A stretch of DNA of 64,000 nt, taken from assembly GCA_964016885.1 (NCBI GenBank), contig OZ024742.1:73160001-73224000 (forward strand), given 5' to 3'. This document shows positions 43,801-55,009 of the stretch, in pieces. The notes under the pieces were generated by a model. That model ran no database searches and was not told where the DNA came from. It was given only the letters and a program-made list of their open reading frames with translations. A program made the position numbers and the translations under genes. The DNA is from Eledone cirrhosa. Taxonomy: Eukaryota. Within the stretch, counting starts at the first letter, position 1. Each line of letters starts with the position of its first letter.

Positions 43801-46800
43801 TAGAGGATCATGTACACTAACATAAAACATTTAGAGGACCGTGTACACTAGCATAACACATCTAGAGGACCATGTACAGTAACATAACACATTTAGTGGA
43901 CCATGTACACTAACATAACACATTTAGTGGACCATGTACACTAACATAACACATTTAGTGGACCATGTACACACTAGCATAACACACTTAGTGGACCATG
44001 TACACTAACATAACACATTTAGTGGACCATGTACACAAACATAACATATTTAGTGGACCATGTACACTAACATAACACATTTAGTGGACCATGTACACTA
44101 ACATAATACATTTAGTGTTTCATGTACACTCTGGCATAACACATTTAGTGGACCATGTACACTAGCATAACACAGAGGACCATGTACACACTAGCATAAC
44201 ACATTTAGAGGACCATGTACACTAACATAATACATTTAGTGTTTCATGTACACTCTGGCATAACACATTTAGTGGACCATGTACACTAGCATAACACAGA
44301 GGACCATGTACACACTAGCATAACACATTTATAGGAACATGTACACTAACATAACACATTTAGTGGACCATGTACACTAATAGAACCCATTTAGTGGACC
44401 ATGTACACTAACATAAAACATTTAGAGGACCATGTACACTAACATAACACATTTAGTGGACCATGTACACTAACATAACACATTTAGTGGACCATGTACA
44501 CACTAGCATAACACATTTAGAGGAACATGTACACTAACATAACACTTTTATTGGACCATGTACACTCACATAACAGATTTAGAGGACCATGTACACTAAC
44601 ATAACACATTTAGTGGACCATGTACACTAACATAACACATTTAGTGGACCATGTACACTAACATAACATATTTAGTGGACCATGTACACACTAGCATGAC
44701 ACGTTTAGGGGACCATGTACACACTAGCACAACATAGAGGACCATGTACACTAAAATAACACATTTAGTGGACCATGTACACTAACATAACACATTTAGG
44801 GGACTATGGACACTAACATAACATATTTAGAGGACCATGTACACTACCATAACACAGAGGACCATGTACACACTAGCATAACACATTTAGTGGACCATGT
44901 AAACTAACATAACACATTTAGAGGACCATGTACACTAACATAACACATTTAGAGGAACATGTACACACTAGCATAACACATTTAGAGGACCCTGTACACT
45001 AACATAACACATTTAGTGGACCATGTACACAAATATAACCCATTTAGTGGACCATGTACACTAACATAAAACATTTAGAGGTCCATGTCCACTAACATAA
45101 CACAATTAGTGGACCATGTATACTAACATAACACATTTAGTTGACCATGTATACACTAGCATAACACATTTAGAGGAACATGTACACTAACATAACACAT
45201 TTATTGGACCATGTACACTCACATAACACATTTAGAGGACCATGTACACACTAGCATAACACATTTAGAGAAGCCTGTACACTAACATAACACATTTAGT
45301 GGACTATGTACACTAACATAACACATTTAGAGGACCATGTACACTAGCATAACACAGAGGACCATGTACACACTAGCATAATACATTTAGTGGACCACGT
45401 ACACTAGCATAATACATTTAGAGGACCATGTACACACTAGCATAACACATTTAGAGGACCATGTACACTAACATAACACATTTAGAGCACTATGTACACA
45501 CTAGCATAACACATTTAGCGGACCATTTACACTAACATAACACATTTAGAGAACCATGTACACTCGCATAACACAGAGGACCATGTACACACTAGCATAA
45601 CACATTTAGAGGACCATGTAGACTAACATAACACATTTAGTGGACCATGTACACTAATATAACACATTTAGAGGACCATGTACACACTAGCATAACGCAT
45701 TTAGTGGATCATGTACACTAGCATAACCCATTTAGTGGACCATGTACACTAACATAATACATTTAGTGGACCATGTACACACTAGCATAACACATTTAGA
45801 GGACCATGTACACTAACATAACACATTTTGTGGACCATGTACACTAACATAATACATTTAGTGGACCATGTACACACTAACATAACACATTTAGAGGACC
45901 ATGAACACTAACATAACACATTTAGTGGACCATGTACACACTAGCATAACACATTTAGAGGACCATGTACACTAACATAACACATTTAGTGGACATTGTA
46001 CACACTATCATAACACATTTAGTGGACCATGTACACTAACATAATACATTTAGAGGACCATGTACACTAACATAACACATTTAGTGGACCATGTACACAC
46101 TAGCATAACACATTTAGTGGACCATGTACACTAACATAACACATTTAGCGGACCTTGTACACTAACATAACACATTTAGTGGACCATGTACACTAACATA
46201 AAACATTTAGAGGACCATCTACACTAACATAACACATTTAGAGGACCATGTACACTAACATAACACATTTAGAAAACCATGTACACACTAGCATAACACA
46301 TTTAGTGGACCATTTACACTAACATAACACATTTAGTGGACTATGTACACTAACATCATACATTTAGAGGACCATGTACACTAGCAGAACAAATTTAGAG
46401 GACCATGTACAGTAATATTACACATTTAGTGGACCATGTACACTAATATAACACATTTAGAGGACCATGTACACACTAGCATAACACATTTAGAGGACCA
46501 TGTACACTAGCATAACACATTTAGAGGACCATGTACACACTAGCATAACACACTTGGAGGACCATGTACACACTAGCATAATACATTTAGTGGACCACGT
46601 ACACTAGCATAACACATTTTGAGGACCATGTACACTAACATAACACATTTAGAGGACCATGTAAACACTAGCATAACACATTTAGAGGACCATTTACACT
46701 AACATAACACATTTAGAGGACCATGTACACTAGCATAACACAGAGGACCATGTACACACTAGCATAACACATTTCGAGGACCATGTACACTAACATAACA

Positions 46801-46933
46801 CATTTAGTGGACCATGTACACTTACATAACACATTTAGTGGACCTTGTACACACTAGCATAACACATTTAGTGGACCATGTACACTAGCATAACACATTT
46901 AGTGGACCATTTCCACTAACATAACACATTTAG
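22837..46933. repeat. ~24.1-kb tandem satellite, 31-bp monomer AG(T/A)GGACCATGTACACTA(A/G)CATAACACATTT, roughly 770 copies
   Basis: Period 31 read directly (e.g. 33541 to 33572); 33-bp (+CA/+CT) and 27-bp (-ATTT) variants; no ORF of 60 aa or more and no TE insertion visible. Confidence 0.98.
34780..43200. repeat. Higher-order repeat core of the satellite, 3,150-bp period
   Basis: Variant marker GAGAAAGATG recurs at spacings 919,688,855,688,919,688,855,688,919,533; 34801-35700 reads the same as 41101-42000. Confidence 0.9.
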
Positions 46934-47369
46934 CACACTTCATTTATTTCTGGTTTTTACATAGCCTCTGCATACAATTCCCATATTTTTCTACCTTATA
47001 AAATCGTACTTCCTACACAAACATCATACAATTCATGCTGCCCTTTAAAAGAGAATTTCTTTGTTGCTGGCAATGGTAATAGCTGCCTATCTTTTTTTTT
47101 CACCTGATCCATATTCAAGCTACTATGTTTTTGGAACATCCACCTCCACTGCTGATCAGGTCACCTATGTAACAAAAACAGTCAAACTACTCTTAGAAGC
47201 CTTTTGGACATTTAGATGAATTAATTTCTGAGACACTCTTACTGCTACCTACTCTAGTACATATGCACTATATGAAGTCCTTCTCTGCCACCCTGCCTGT
47301 GCACTCATAGTTTACATTGCGTAAATAGTATGGAATTCCAACATACTACAGTTGAGAATTCCTACTTAT

Positions 47370-47625
47370 GATGCATTGTGTCCTTGAGCAAGACACTTTA
47401 TTTCACGTTGTTCCAGTTCACTCAGCTGTAGAAATTGCGACATCACTGGTGTCAAGCTGTATCAGCCTTTGCCTTTCTCTTGGACAACATCGATGGCATG
47501 GAGAGGGGAGACTGGTATGACTGGGCGACTACTGGTCTTGCACAAACAACCTTGCCCAGGCTTATGCCTTGGAGGGAAATTTTCTAGGTGTAAAACCATG
47601 GTCATTAGTGACTGATGGGGGCCTT
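47370..47625 (+). mobile_element. SINE, 5'-truncated, CORE-like box with a different tail
   Basis: TTGTGTCCTTGAGCAAGACACTTTATTTCAC..CCAGTTCACTCAGCTG shared with the 8866/22476 family, followed by an unrelated 3' half. Confidence 0.65.
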
Positions 47626-47658
47626 AAGATATATATATTCAACTAGTCTCTCGTCATC

Positions 47659-48005
47659 TTAACCCTTTTGACATCAAACTTCAAGAAACTGTTCTTGGTT
47701 CTGTTATACAAAACTGTTTGCTTTTAAGTGTTTATCAACAAATCAACCATCATAATTTTATGTAAGAATCTTTAAGTTATTAGCCAAAAATCATCTAAAT
47801 AGCAAAAAAAATATATTAATAGATCTCTCTAAATTCTTGATTACTTTAAAAACTATTTGAAAACTATAGGCAGCCTCTTTCCTTAAAAATATGGTAATGA
47901 AAACGTTAAATATATAGGCAGCCTCTTTCCTTAGAAATATGGTAATGAAAGGGTTAAAGACATAGGCAGCTTCGTTCCTTACAGATATGGTAATGAAAAG
48001 GTTAA
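47659..48005. mobile_element. piggyBac-like MITE with a triplicated ~47-bp right end
   Basis: TTAA-CCCTTT left end; ATAGGCAGC..CCTTA..AATATGGTAATGAAA..GTTAA x3 at 47866-48005. Confidence 0.55.
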
Positions 48006-48047
48006 CAGTCAATAGAGTAAAAACAAAATGTGGTGGTGGTGGTTTTG

Positions 48048-48048
48048 T

Positions 48049-48088
<40 letters not shown>
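48048..48088. repeat. (TAG)n microsatellite
   Basis: Direct inspection. Confidence 0.9.
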
Positions 48089-48165
48089 CTTCCTTTAACC
48101 AAACACCAGTACATGGCTCAACTCAGGGCCCTCTCCATCAACTAAAACCCTTCTTATACTAACAA

Positions 48166-48745
48166 AATTATTGTGTACAGTGCTCAGGTGTACTACAACT
48201 CATCAAAGGTACGTACATGTATAGTACATAAAATAATGTTCAAATGTCAGGAAAGTGAACAGTGTATGAGTCATGATATACACATAGATACATGCGTGCA
48301 CATGTATGGAGGGGGAATATCAGGTGTAGTGTTGGCGAATTTCATGAAGCATGGAGGTTTTAAAGGATGCAGTGTCCTGGCAGCTAACAACTGATGCAGG
48401 TAGTTTGTTCCATGCTTCAGCAACTCTGAGCATGAAAAAATTTTTTAGAAAGTCATGGAAGCTGTGCTGTTTTCTGACTTTGTAGGCATGCCCATGGGAG
48501 TTAGACATATTGAATTCAAAAAGATGCTCAGGGTTGTTGTTGGCAAGATAGTTAATAATTTTGTGATGTTTACCAAGTCAGTTTCCAGATGTCGGAGTTT
48601 CAATGTATCCATGCACAGGGAAGCAAGGCATTCAGAGTATAGTAGATGCCTGATAGAGGGTATTTGCTTGGTTACACGTCTCTAAACAGTTTCCAGGAGG
48701 TCAATATTCTGAGCAAGATAGGGGTTCCAGACTGGTATACACTGG
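48166..48745 (-). mobile_element. CR1/L2-group LINE 3' fragment
   Basis: WNPYLAQNIDLLETV, SHGHAYKVRKQ..FFMLRVAEAWNKLP; 3' UTR matches 12137-12280. Confidence 0.85.
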
Positions 48746-48799
48746 TATTGTAGTTGCCCTCTGCCTTCTCCACATGTATATACACATAAATGCTACTGT

Positions 48800-49300
48800 G
48801 GAGCTACTATTGATCAGTTGGGATTTGCACTTACTCTTTTGTTGTCACGCTACTGGACATTTCCATCACAATGCTGCTCTGAAGGACATAGTTAAAAGGG
48901 AGCCCCAATGGGAACTTGCTAGCCTTGGCAACAGTATTGACAACAACTGAGATTATATAATCTCTTTCCTGTTTCAGTAGGGTAAGTCACTACATATGAT
49001 TATACATTTTTTCTGTGGCAACTTGATTGCCTCAACGATAAAACCAGGTGTTGCTGCTACCTGTAATGTTGATGAGCAAAAGGTGATTAAATACCAGTCA
49101 TTAAGAGACAGATTCCATTTTGTACTGGTCGCTGTTGAAACATCCAGTATTCTTCATCCCTGAACAGTTTCTCTCTTTCACCAAATTGTGATGACATCAT
49201 TGTGATTAAAGAAGAAGCCCTGTGGGTGGAATGGCTGATACAATGGTTATTACTGGCTGTTCTGTGTGGCAATGTTTTTGACATTTTGTCCTTGGTTCAT
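48800..49300 (+). pseudogene. Degenerate CRE-clade non-LTR fragment (end of CCHC + RLE)
   Basis: Manual translation: GHFHHNAALKDIVKR, GKSL, EQKVIKYQSLRDRFHFVLVAVETS, EWLIQWLLLAVLCGNVFDILS. Confidence 0.55.
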
Positions 49301-49439
49301 AGCTGAGATATGCTGTTATTTTTTTTACTTGCATTTTTTTTTTTTGTATTTGTTATTGCTGTGTATATTCAAAAAATTTAAAGAATGTTTTTTTTTTATA
49401 TAAATAAAATATAACAAATCATGTAAATGAGACTCATAA

Positions 49440-49640
49440 TGCTTTTTTGTCATAGCACCAACACTACCACTTTACAGAGTGGACCGGGTGCATTTTTGTC
49501 ATGACACCAGCACTGCCACTTTACAGAGTGGACTGGATGCTTTTTTGTCATGGTACCAGCACTACCACTTTACAGAGGGAATTAGGTGCTTTTTTTGTTG
49601 TGTCAACTGCACTACCACTTTACAGAGTGGACTGGGTGCA
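49440..49640. repeat. ~49-bp SINE-derived tandem minisatellite
   Basis: TTTTTGTCATG.CACCAGCACTACCACTTTACAGAGTGGACTGG.TGC x4; related arrays at 50890-51190 and 60785-60885. Confidence 0.7.
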
Positions 49641-50171
49641 CTAATTAAACTGAAGAACTGAACAATGATCAGGTTGATGAACTGTTTGAAGAGTGTAAAT
49701 TTGAAGAAAATATTGAACATCTATTGTGCTTTAGTTTTGGTCTCAGTGGCCAGATATAGCAATATTTCAACAGAAACAGTTTTGTAGTGAAACGTTTAAC
49801 ATGAAACAGGTGCAGGTAAGAAGTAGTTAGAGAAATAAATTACTGCTTCAAAACTAATGATACATTTCAAGGGGACAGATAACGTTAAGCACTCAAGAAT
49901 AAGAAAAAGGTAAAAAACAATGGAAATACATAAATGAATTTATCTGCCATATTGAAGAGTAAAAAGAAAATGGAAATCAAAGAATGGCTTTTAAACATTA
50001 AATATGATGTGTCAGTATAAATGAAAACTGAACGTTATTTTCTATTTTATTTTCAAAATGGCTGTTAGAACATTGGCACCAGCAGGTGTCTAGGTAGAAA
50101 TATTAGGTTGGCAATTTTTAACTCTGAAAGTCACAACATGGTTTGTAAATTGCTACAAGATCAGTACTGAT

Positions 50172-50174
<3 letters not shown>

Positions 50175-50243
<69 letters not shown>

Positions 50244-50275
50244 GTATATATGTATATATATATATATATATATAT
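50175..50275. repeat. (TA)n microsatellite
   Basis: Direct inspection. Confidence 0.95.
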
Positions 50276-50559
50276 TGGTAAAAGGAAAAAAAAATGCTGA
50301 CAAATTGTTCCCAGTGAAAAATAGTTTAATTAGGAATAAGTAAAAATTAGTAATAAGTATTGGTTAGTATTCAGTTTTGATTTTAAGTTTTTACCGGTTG
50401 CGCATTTCTAATGCTTTTCAAAAATAATTTTGAGATAGAGCGCCCGTGATGTTTGCTCTAATCTGTATATATAGTAATAATAATAAATTTGAAGACTAAA
50501 GTCCAAAGAGGGCTCGATAAGGATAAATATATATCAAATATATAAGAACCGTAGAGCAA

Positions 50560-50702
50560 ATATTTATTAAAATAACAGATTAAAGTTTAAGCAAAGAATG
50601 GCTGCTTTCACCCTTAACGGGATCTTCTGTTTCAGAAGATCTCGTTAAGGGTGAAAGCAGCGATTCTTTGCTTAAACTTTAATCTGTTATTTTAATAAAT
50701 AT
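50560..50702. repeat. Near-perfect 70-bp-arm palindrome with a 3-nt loop
   Basis: ATATTTATTAAAATAACAG...GATCTTCTG ttt CAGAAGATC...CTGTTATTTTAATAAATAT, about 2 mismatches. Confidence 0.9.
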
Positions 50703-50717
50703 ATATATATATATATA

Positions 50718-51190
50718 TCATCATCAATGTTTAATGCCCATTTTTCCATGCTAGCATGGGTTAGATGAGTTGTCCTGTTGGAAGAGAAGTCAGATTATGT
50801 GGTTGTGTTTTGCCCATACAGAACTGTTTCTGATTTGGTTTCTACAACTGGATGCCCTTCCTAATGCTAACCACATTTACGGTGTAGATTGGATATTTTT
50901 ATCATGACACCAACATGACCACTTTACAGTGTGAACTGGGCACTTTTTGTCATGTCACCAACAGTGTGGACTGGATGCTGGCACCAAAACGACCACTCTA
51001 CAGGGTGCACTGTGTACTTTTTATCATGTCAGCAACATGACCATGCCACAGAGCAGACTGGGCACCTTCTGTTGTGCCACCAACACAACCACTTTATAGG
51101 ATGAACTGGGTGCCTTCTGTTGAGTCCCCATCATGACTACCTTACAGGGTGGAGTGGGTAATTTTGTTATGACATCAACATGAGCAACTT
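50718..51190 (-). mobile_element. SINE 3' part with RTE-like tail and expanded internal tandem repeat
   Basis: CATCATCA..TTTTCCATGCTAGCATGGGTT..CTGGATGCCCTTCCTAA..AACCAC followed by several ~49-bp units. Confidence 0.65.
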
Positions 51191-51244
51191 ACATGTGTGT
51201 GTGTGGATGAAAGAAGAGATGTTTCTGCTTAAAATAGAACTATA

Positions 51245-51485
51245 TGGGAGCAGACATAGCTGCATGGTTAAGGTGTTTGCTTTGCAGTTATGAGATTTGG
51301 GGTTCAGTTCCACTATGTGGCACCTTGGCCATGTCTTCTACTATAGCCTCAAGTGGCACCTTGGATATGTCTTCTATTTTAGCCTCAAGTGGCACCTTGG
51401 ATATGTCTTCTATTTTAGCCTCAAGTTGACCAATGTCTTGTGAGAGAAATTTGGTAGATGAAAATTGTGCAGATGCCCATCAACT
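51245..51485 (+). mobile_element. tRNA-derived SINE with an internal 36-bp triplication
   Basis: A/B-box-like head (TAGCTGCATGG, GGTTCAGTTCC); GTGGCACCTTGG..ATGTCTTCTA.T.TAGCCTCAA x3. Confidence 0.7.
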
Positions 51486-52389
51486 ATATATATATATAAA
51501 TGTGAGTGTGTGTGTCTTTGTTTATGTCTCATAACTTAGCAAATCATCAAAAAAAAGACTGATAAAATAAGCCACAGACTTGAAACAAATAAATACTGGG
51601 ATCAATATCTTCTTCTTCATCCACTTATTCCTGAGATCCCCAAGAGAGACCAGCCAAGCTCATGAATGTTATCCAAGCATCTTGCTCGGGGTCTACACCT
51701 GGGTCTCCTACCAATTGGTTTTGCCTATAAAATCTGTCCAGCAATTTTTTTTATCAACAAAAACTTTCAAAGGAGCACCCCCATCATAGCTATGGTCTAA
51801 TGAGTATAGCAACCGAAACACTTCTCTGACCTTCCCCTTTTCTTTGTCTAATAGTCCTTGCTCTTTCCCTCCTTTTCCTCTCATTTATGGCATTTATAGT
51901 TCTTTCCAATACTGCTTTCTTTTTCTGTATGTTTCACTAAATATGATATCGAATTTGTAATAGCTGATTAAAACTAAATAAACTTAATATACTACTAAAA
52001 GAAGTGATAACAGAATATTATCCTAATACCTGATGTCTTTAAATATAAAAGTAGCACAAGATTTGTCAACTAACATTCACATTATAACAGTCCTGTTTCA
52101 ACCTTACACTTCTACACTCTTACTGAGTTCAAACACTCTACTGTGACCATGCTAGGGCACTGCCATAAAAGGTTTAGTTAATCCTATTGAGCCCAGAATA
52201 AATTTTAGTTCACTATTTACCTTATCAATCCCAGTTAGCTGAATTGCTACAATGCATGATATGAAGGGGCACAACAGAAATCACAACACAAATTTTTTGG
52301 CCAGTAAACCAGGAACACAATCACACATACACACATACATACACAGAGATTGTTAGTGTCACAGTTAGGCTCTGTTAGTGGCACACTCC

Positions 52390-52487
52390 GACATTTGCTG
52401 ACAGCTTCTCTGTACATGTCTTGTACTGCTCTTACAAGCCATTCTTTTGCACCAAATTTCAAGGTACTCTGTCAAAGGCTTTTTCTA
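52390..52487 (-). mobile_element. Distal piece of the RTE LINE split by the pogo element
   Basis: EKAFDRVP..EWLVRAVQDMYREAVSK continues in frame from LAFVDI at ~56624. Confidence 0.85.
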
Positions 52488-53367
52488 CCGTATATACTCA
52501 TGTATAGGTCGCCTCGGCAGATAGGTTGCATACCCACTTTTCATTTAACAAATAGGCTATTTGCCATTGACTCGCAGATAGATCGCACTGAAATTTGGGC
52601 CGTCAAACTACTATTTTTTATGATAATTGAAACTAATAATCTGTTAGCTTTCCATTACTTCGCCGTTGCGACATATACTCCAAACCATGTTTTATTTATA
52701 AAATAAACATTAACGTCATCGAAATCTCGTCAATTCGAAATTACTGCGAGATAAAGCCTTTAAGCGCGAAAATTAACTCTTAATATAGTGAAACAACTTG
52801 AAATAACACCTGTTTTTTAATGTTGAAAGTATAACAGATTTTTTGCGTATCAACTAGGCTTCCTAAAGTAGCGAATACCGACTTTGAAGGTTTTACATGC
52901 GACGATATTCGAAATGAAAAAGAAACACAAGATAATATTAGTGATTTATCTTCAAATGAATCAGACGTATTTATTTCTGACGATGATAGTTACTTTGAAA
53001 GTGAAAGCGAAGATCTGACGGACACCATTGAAAATATTACAGCAATGTGGTTGAAAGACACAACACCAATACATGTTCACACCTGTTAATGAACTTGTAT
53101 ATTGGGAACACTCTGTTATGTAAATTTACACTTTACATTGTGTAAGAGTACATTGCAAATATTATTTTGACTGGTGAAAAGGTTTTATACATTTTTTCAA
53201 TGAAAATATTTGCCTGGAATGTAGAGAAAGACTAAAACCTTGTACTGATTATATCTGCATTTTTAATGAATTCACCTGTTCGGAAAACTGCTAGAATTGA
53301 TGGAAGTCAACATCTAGGTCATTATTGAATTTTTTTGCAACAAATCTAACAGGTAAAGCAGATAAAG

Positions 53368-54879
53368 GGCGATATCCAATTTTAGCGGCCTAAATGCCGC
53401 TTACTTGCTGTAGTTGCTGCTTACTTCAATGTATGAGGCTATTCCAACAAATTTACATTCCCCTTTTTTTAGCCGTTAAAAGAAATATAGATTTATTTAT
53501 TGTTTTTTTTTTTGCGATTTATTTGCCACTGGGGCATAGATTTCTTTATTTGCCCCTTTTTTGTTTGTTTTTTGCAATTTATTAGCCTTTTGGGGTCACA
53601 CACACCCCCGTAGAAAGTGTGCGACCTTTCTGCCAGGGAGCACAGAGAGAGGGGGGTGCTCCCTTCTTCTCTTACCTGTACAAGCCGATATAGAGAGATG
53701 GCCCACTTACACGGGCCATTATTGCTACTTTCACCCATCTTTCATGGAATTGGCTGGGACTGAGTGCCTTTTTCTCCACCTTGATCCTTCTTTCGAAGTG
53801 GTATCGGAAGAAGAGGACCATTTGTTGGCCGGCGACATATCCCCACAGTTTCCTCGTTGCAAACGCATCTGGGACATTTCTTTTCCAAGGAGTTTCCATC
53901 CCGGAATCCGTGTCTGTAGAGCCTTTCCCGAACGGGCAGGGCCCCTCGGTATAATAGTAAGTATTAGTGGTTGTAATAAAAATGCAATCAAAATGTAATG
54001 AATACCTTCACTGATTTCTTTCCTTATATTATCAACAGAAGTTGGTATGTCACCCAAAGTTCGCTTTGTATGTTCCCGAATAGCAGTGAATTTTGATAAA
54101 ACTGTTTCTAATTCCTTCTCCACAGTAAGACAAATATCCATGTGTAGTTGAAGAGGATAAGTATGAACAAACAGTCATTTAAATTTACAGATGGACAGAT
54201 GTGGTATTTGGCAGGGTTTGAGATATATAGAAAAATAATTTACAAAAAAAGAAAATAATAATAAAGAATTATTATAATTTTTTTAAAGATTTATATCTTT
54301 TTGGACTACACATGGATATGGAAAGGCTCTACAGACACGGATTCCGGGACGGAAACCCCTTGGAAAAGAAATGTCCCAGATGCGTTTGCAATGAGGAAAC
54401 TGTGGGGATATGTCGCCAGCCAACAAATGGTCCTCTTCTTCCAATACCACTTCGAAAGAAGGATCAAGGTGGAGAAAAAGGCACTCAGTCCCAGCCAATT
54501 CCATGAAAGATGGGTGAAAGTAGCAATAATGGCCCGTGTAAGTGGGCCATCTCTCTATATCGGCTTGTACAGGTAAGAGAAGAAGGGAGCACCCCCCTCT
54601 CTCTGTGCTCCCTGGCAGAAAGGTCGCACACTTTCTACGGGGGTGTGTGTGACCCCAAAAGGCTAATAAATTGCAAAAAACAAACAAAAAAGGGGCAAAT
54701 AAAGAAATCTATGCCCCAGTGGCAAATAAATCGCAAAAAAAAAACAATAAATAAATCTATATTTCTTTTAACGGCTAAAAAAAGTGGAATGTAAATTTGT
54801 TGGAATAGCCTCATACATTGAAGTAAGCAACAACTACAGCAAGTAAGCGGCATTTAGGCCGCTAAAATTGGATATCGCC
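53368..54879. mobile_element. Non-autonomous long-TIR element (Merlin-like; MULE possible) with ~560-bp arms and an 8-bp TSD
   Basis: Arms 53368-53928 and 54320-54879 begin GGCGATATCC; AGATAAAG duplicated at 53360-53367 and 54880-54887. Confidence 0.82.
54006..54141 (-). pseudogene. RMND5: Captured first coding exon resembling RMND5A/B (Gid2, CTLH/GID E3 ligase subunit)
   Basis: MDICLTVEKELETVLSKFTAIREH..IRKEISE resembles the recalled metazoan RMND5 N-terminus (MDxCxxVERELEKVLxKF); ends at a donor-like AAG|GTATT. Confidence 0.65.
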
Positions 54880-55009
54880 AGATAAAGTTTAAATTTTTGT
54901 GTTTATCCATAAAGTTATTACTTTTACACCTGCTAATTAATAGTTTTTTCATTTCTTCATCTGTAACTGTGCATTCGTTATAATAGTCATTCAATTCATC
55001 TTCACATTC

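Noticed and set aside
22837-46933. CRISPR array (repeat of ~31 bp)
   Set aside because: Units are contiguous with no unique spacers, there are no cas genes, and the context is eukaryotic.
53731-54141. Intact 136-aa RMND5-like protein or the native RMND5 locus
   Set aside because: Similarity ends at codon 45 at a splice donor; the rest is read-through into TIR sequence. No further RMND5 exons were recognised in the window.
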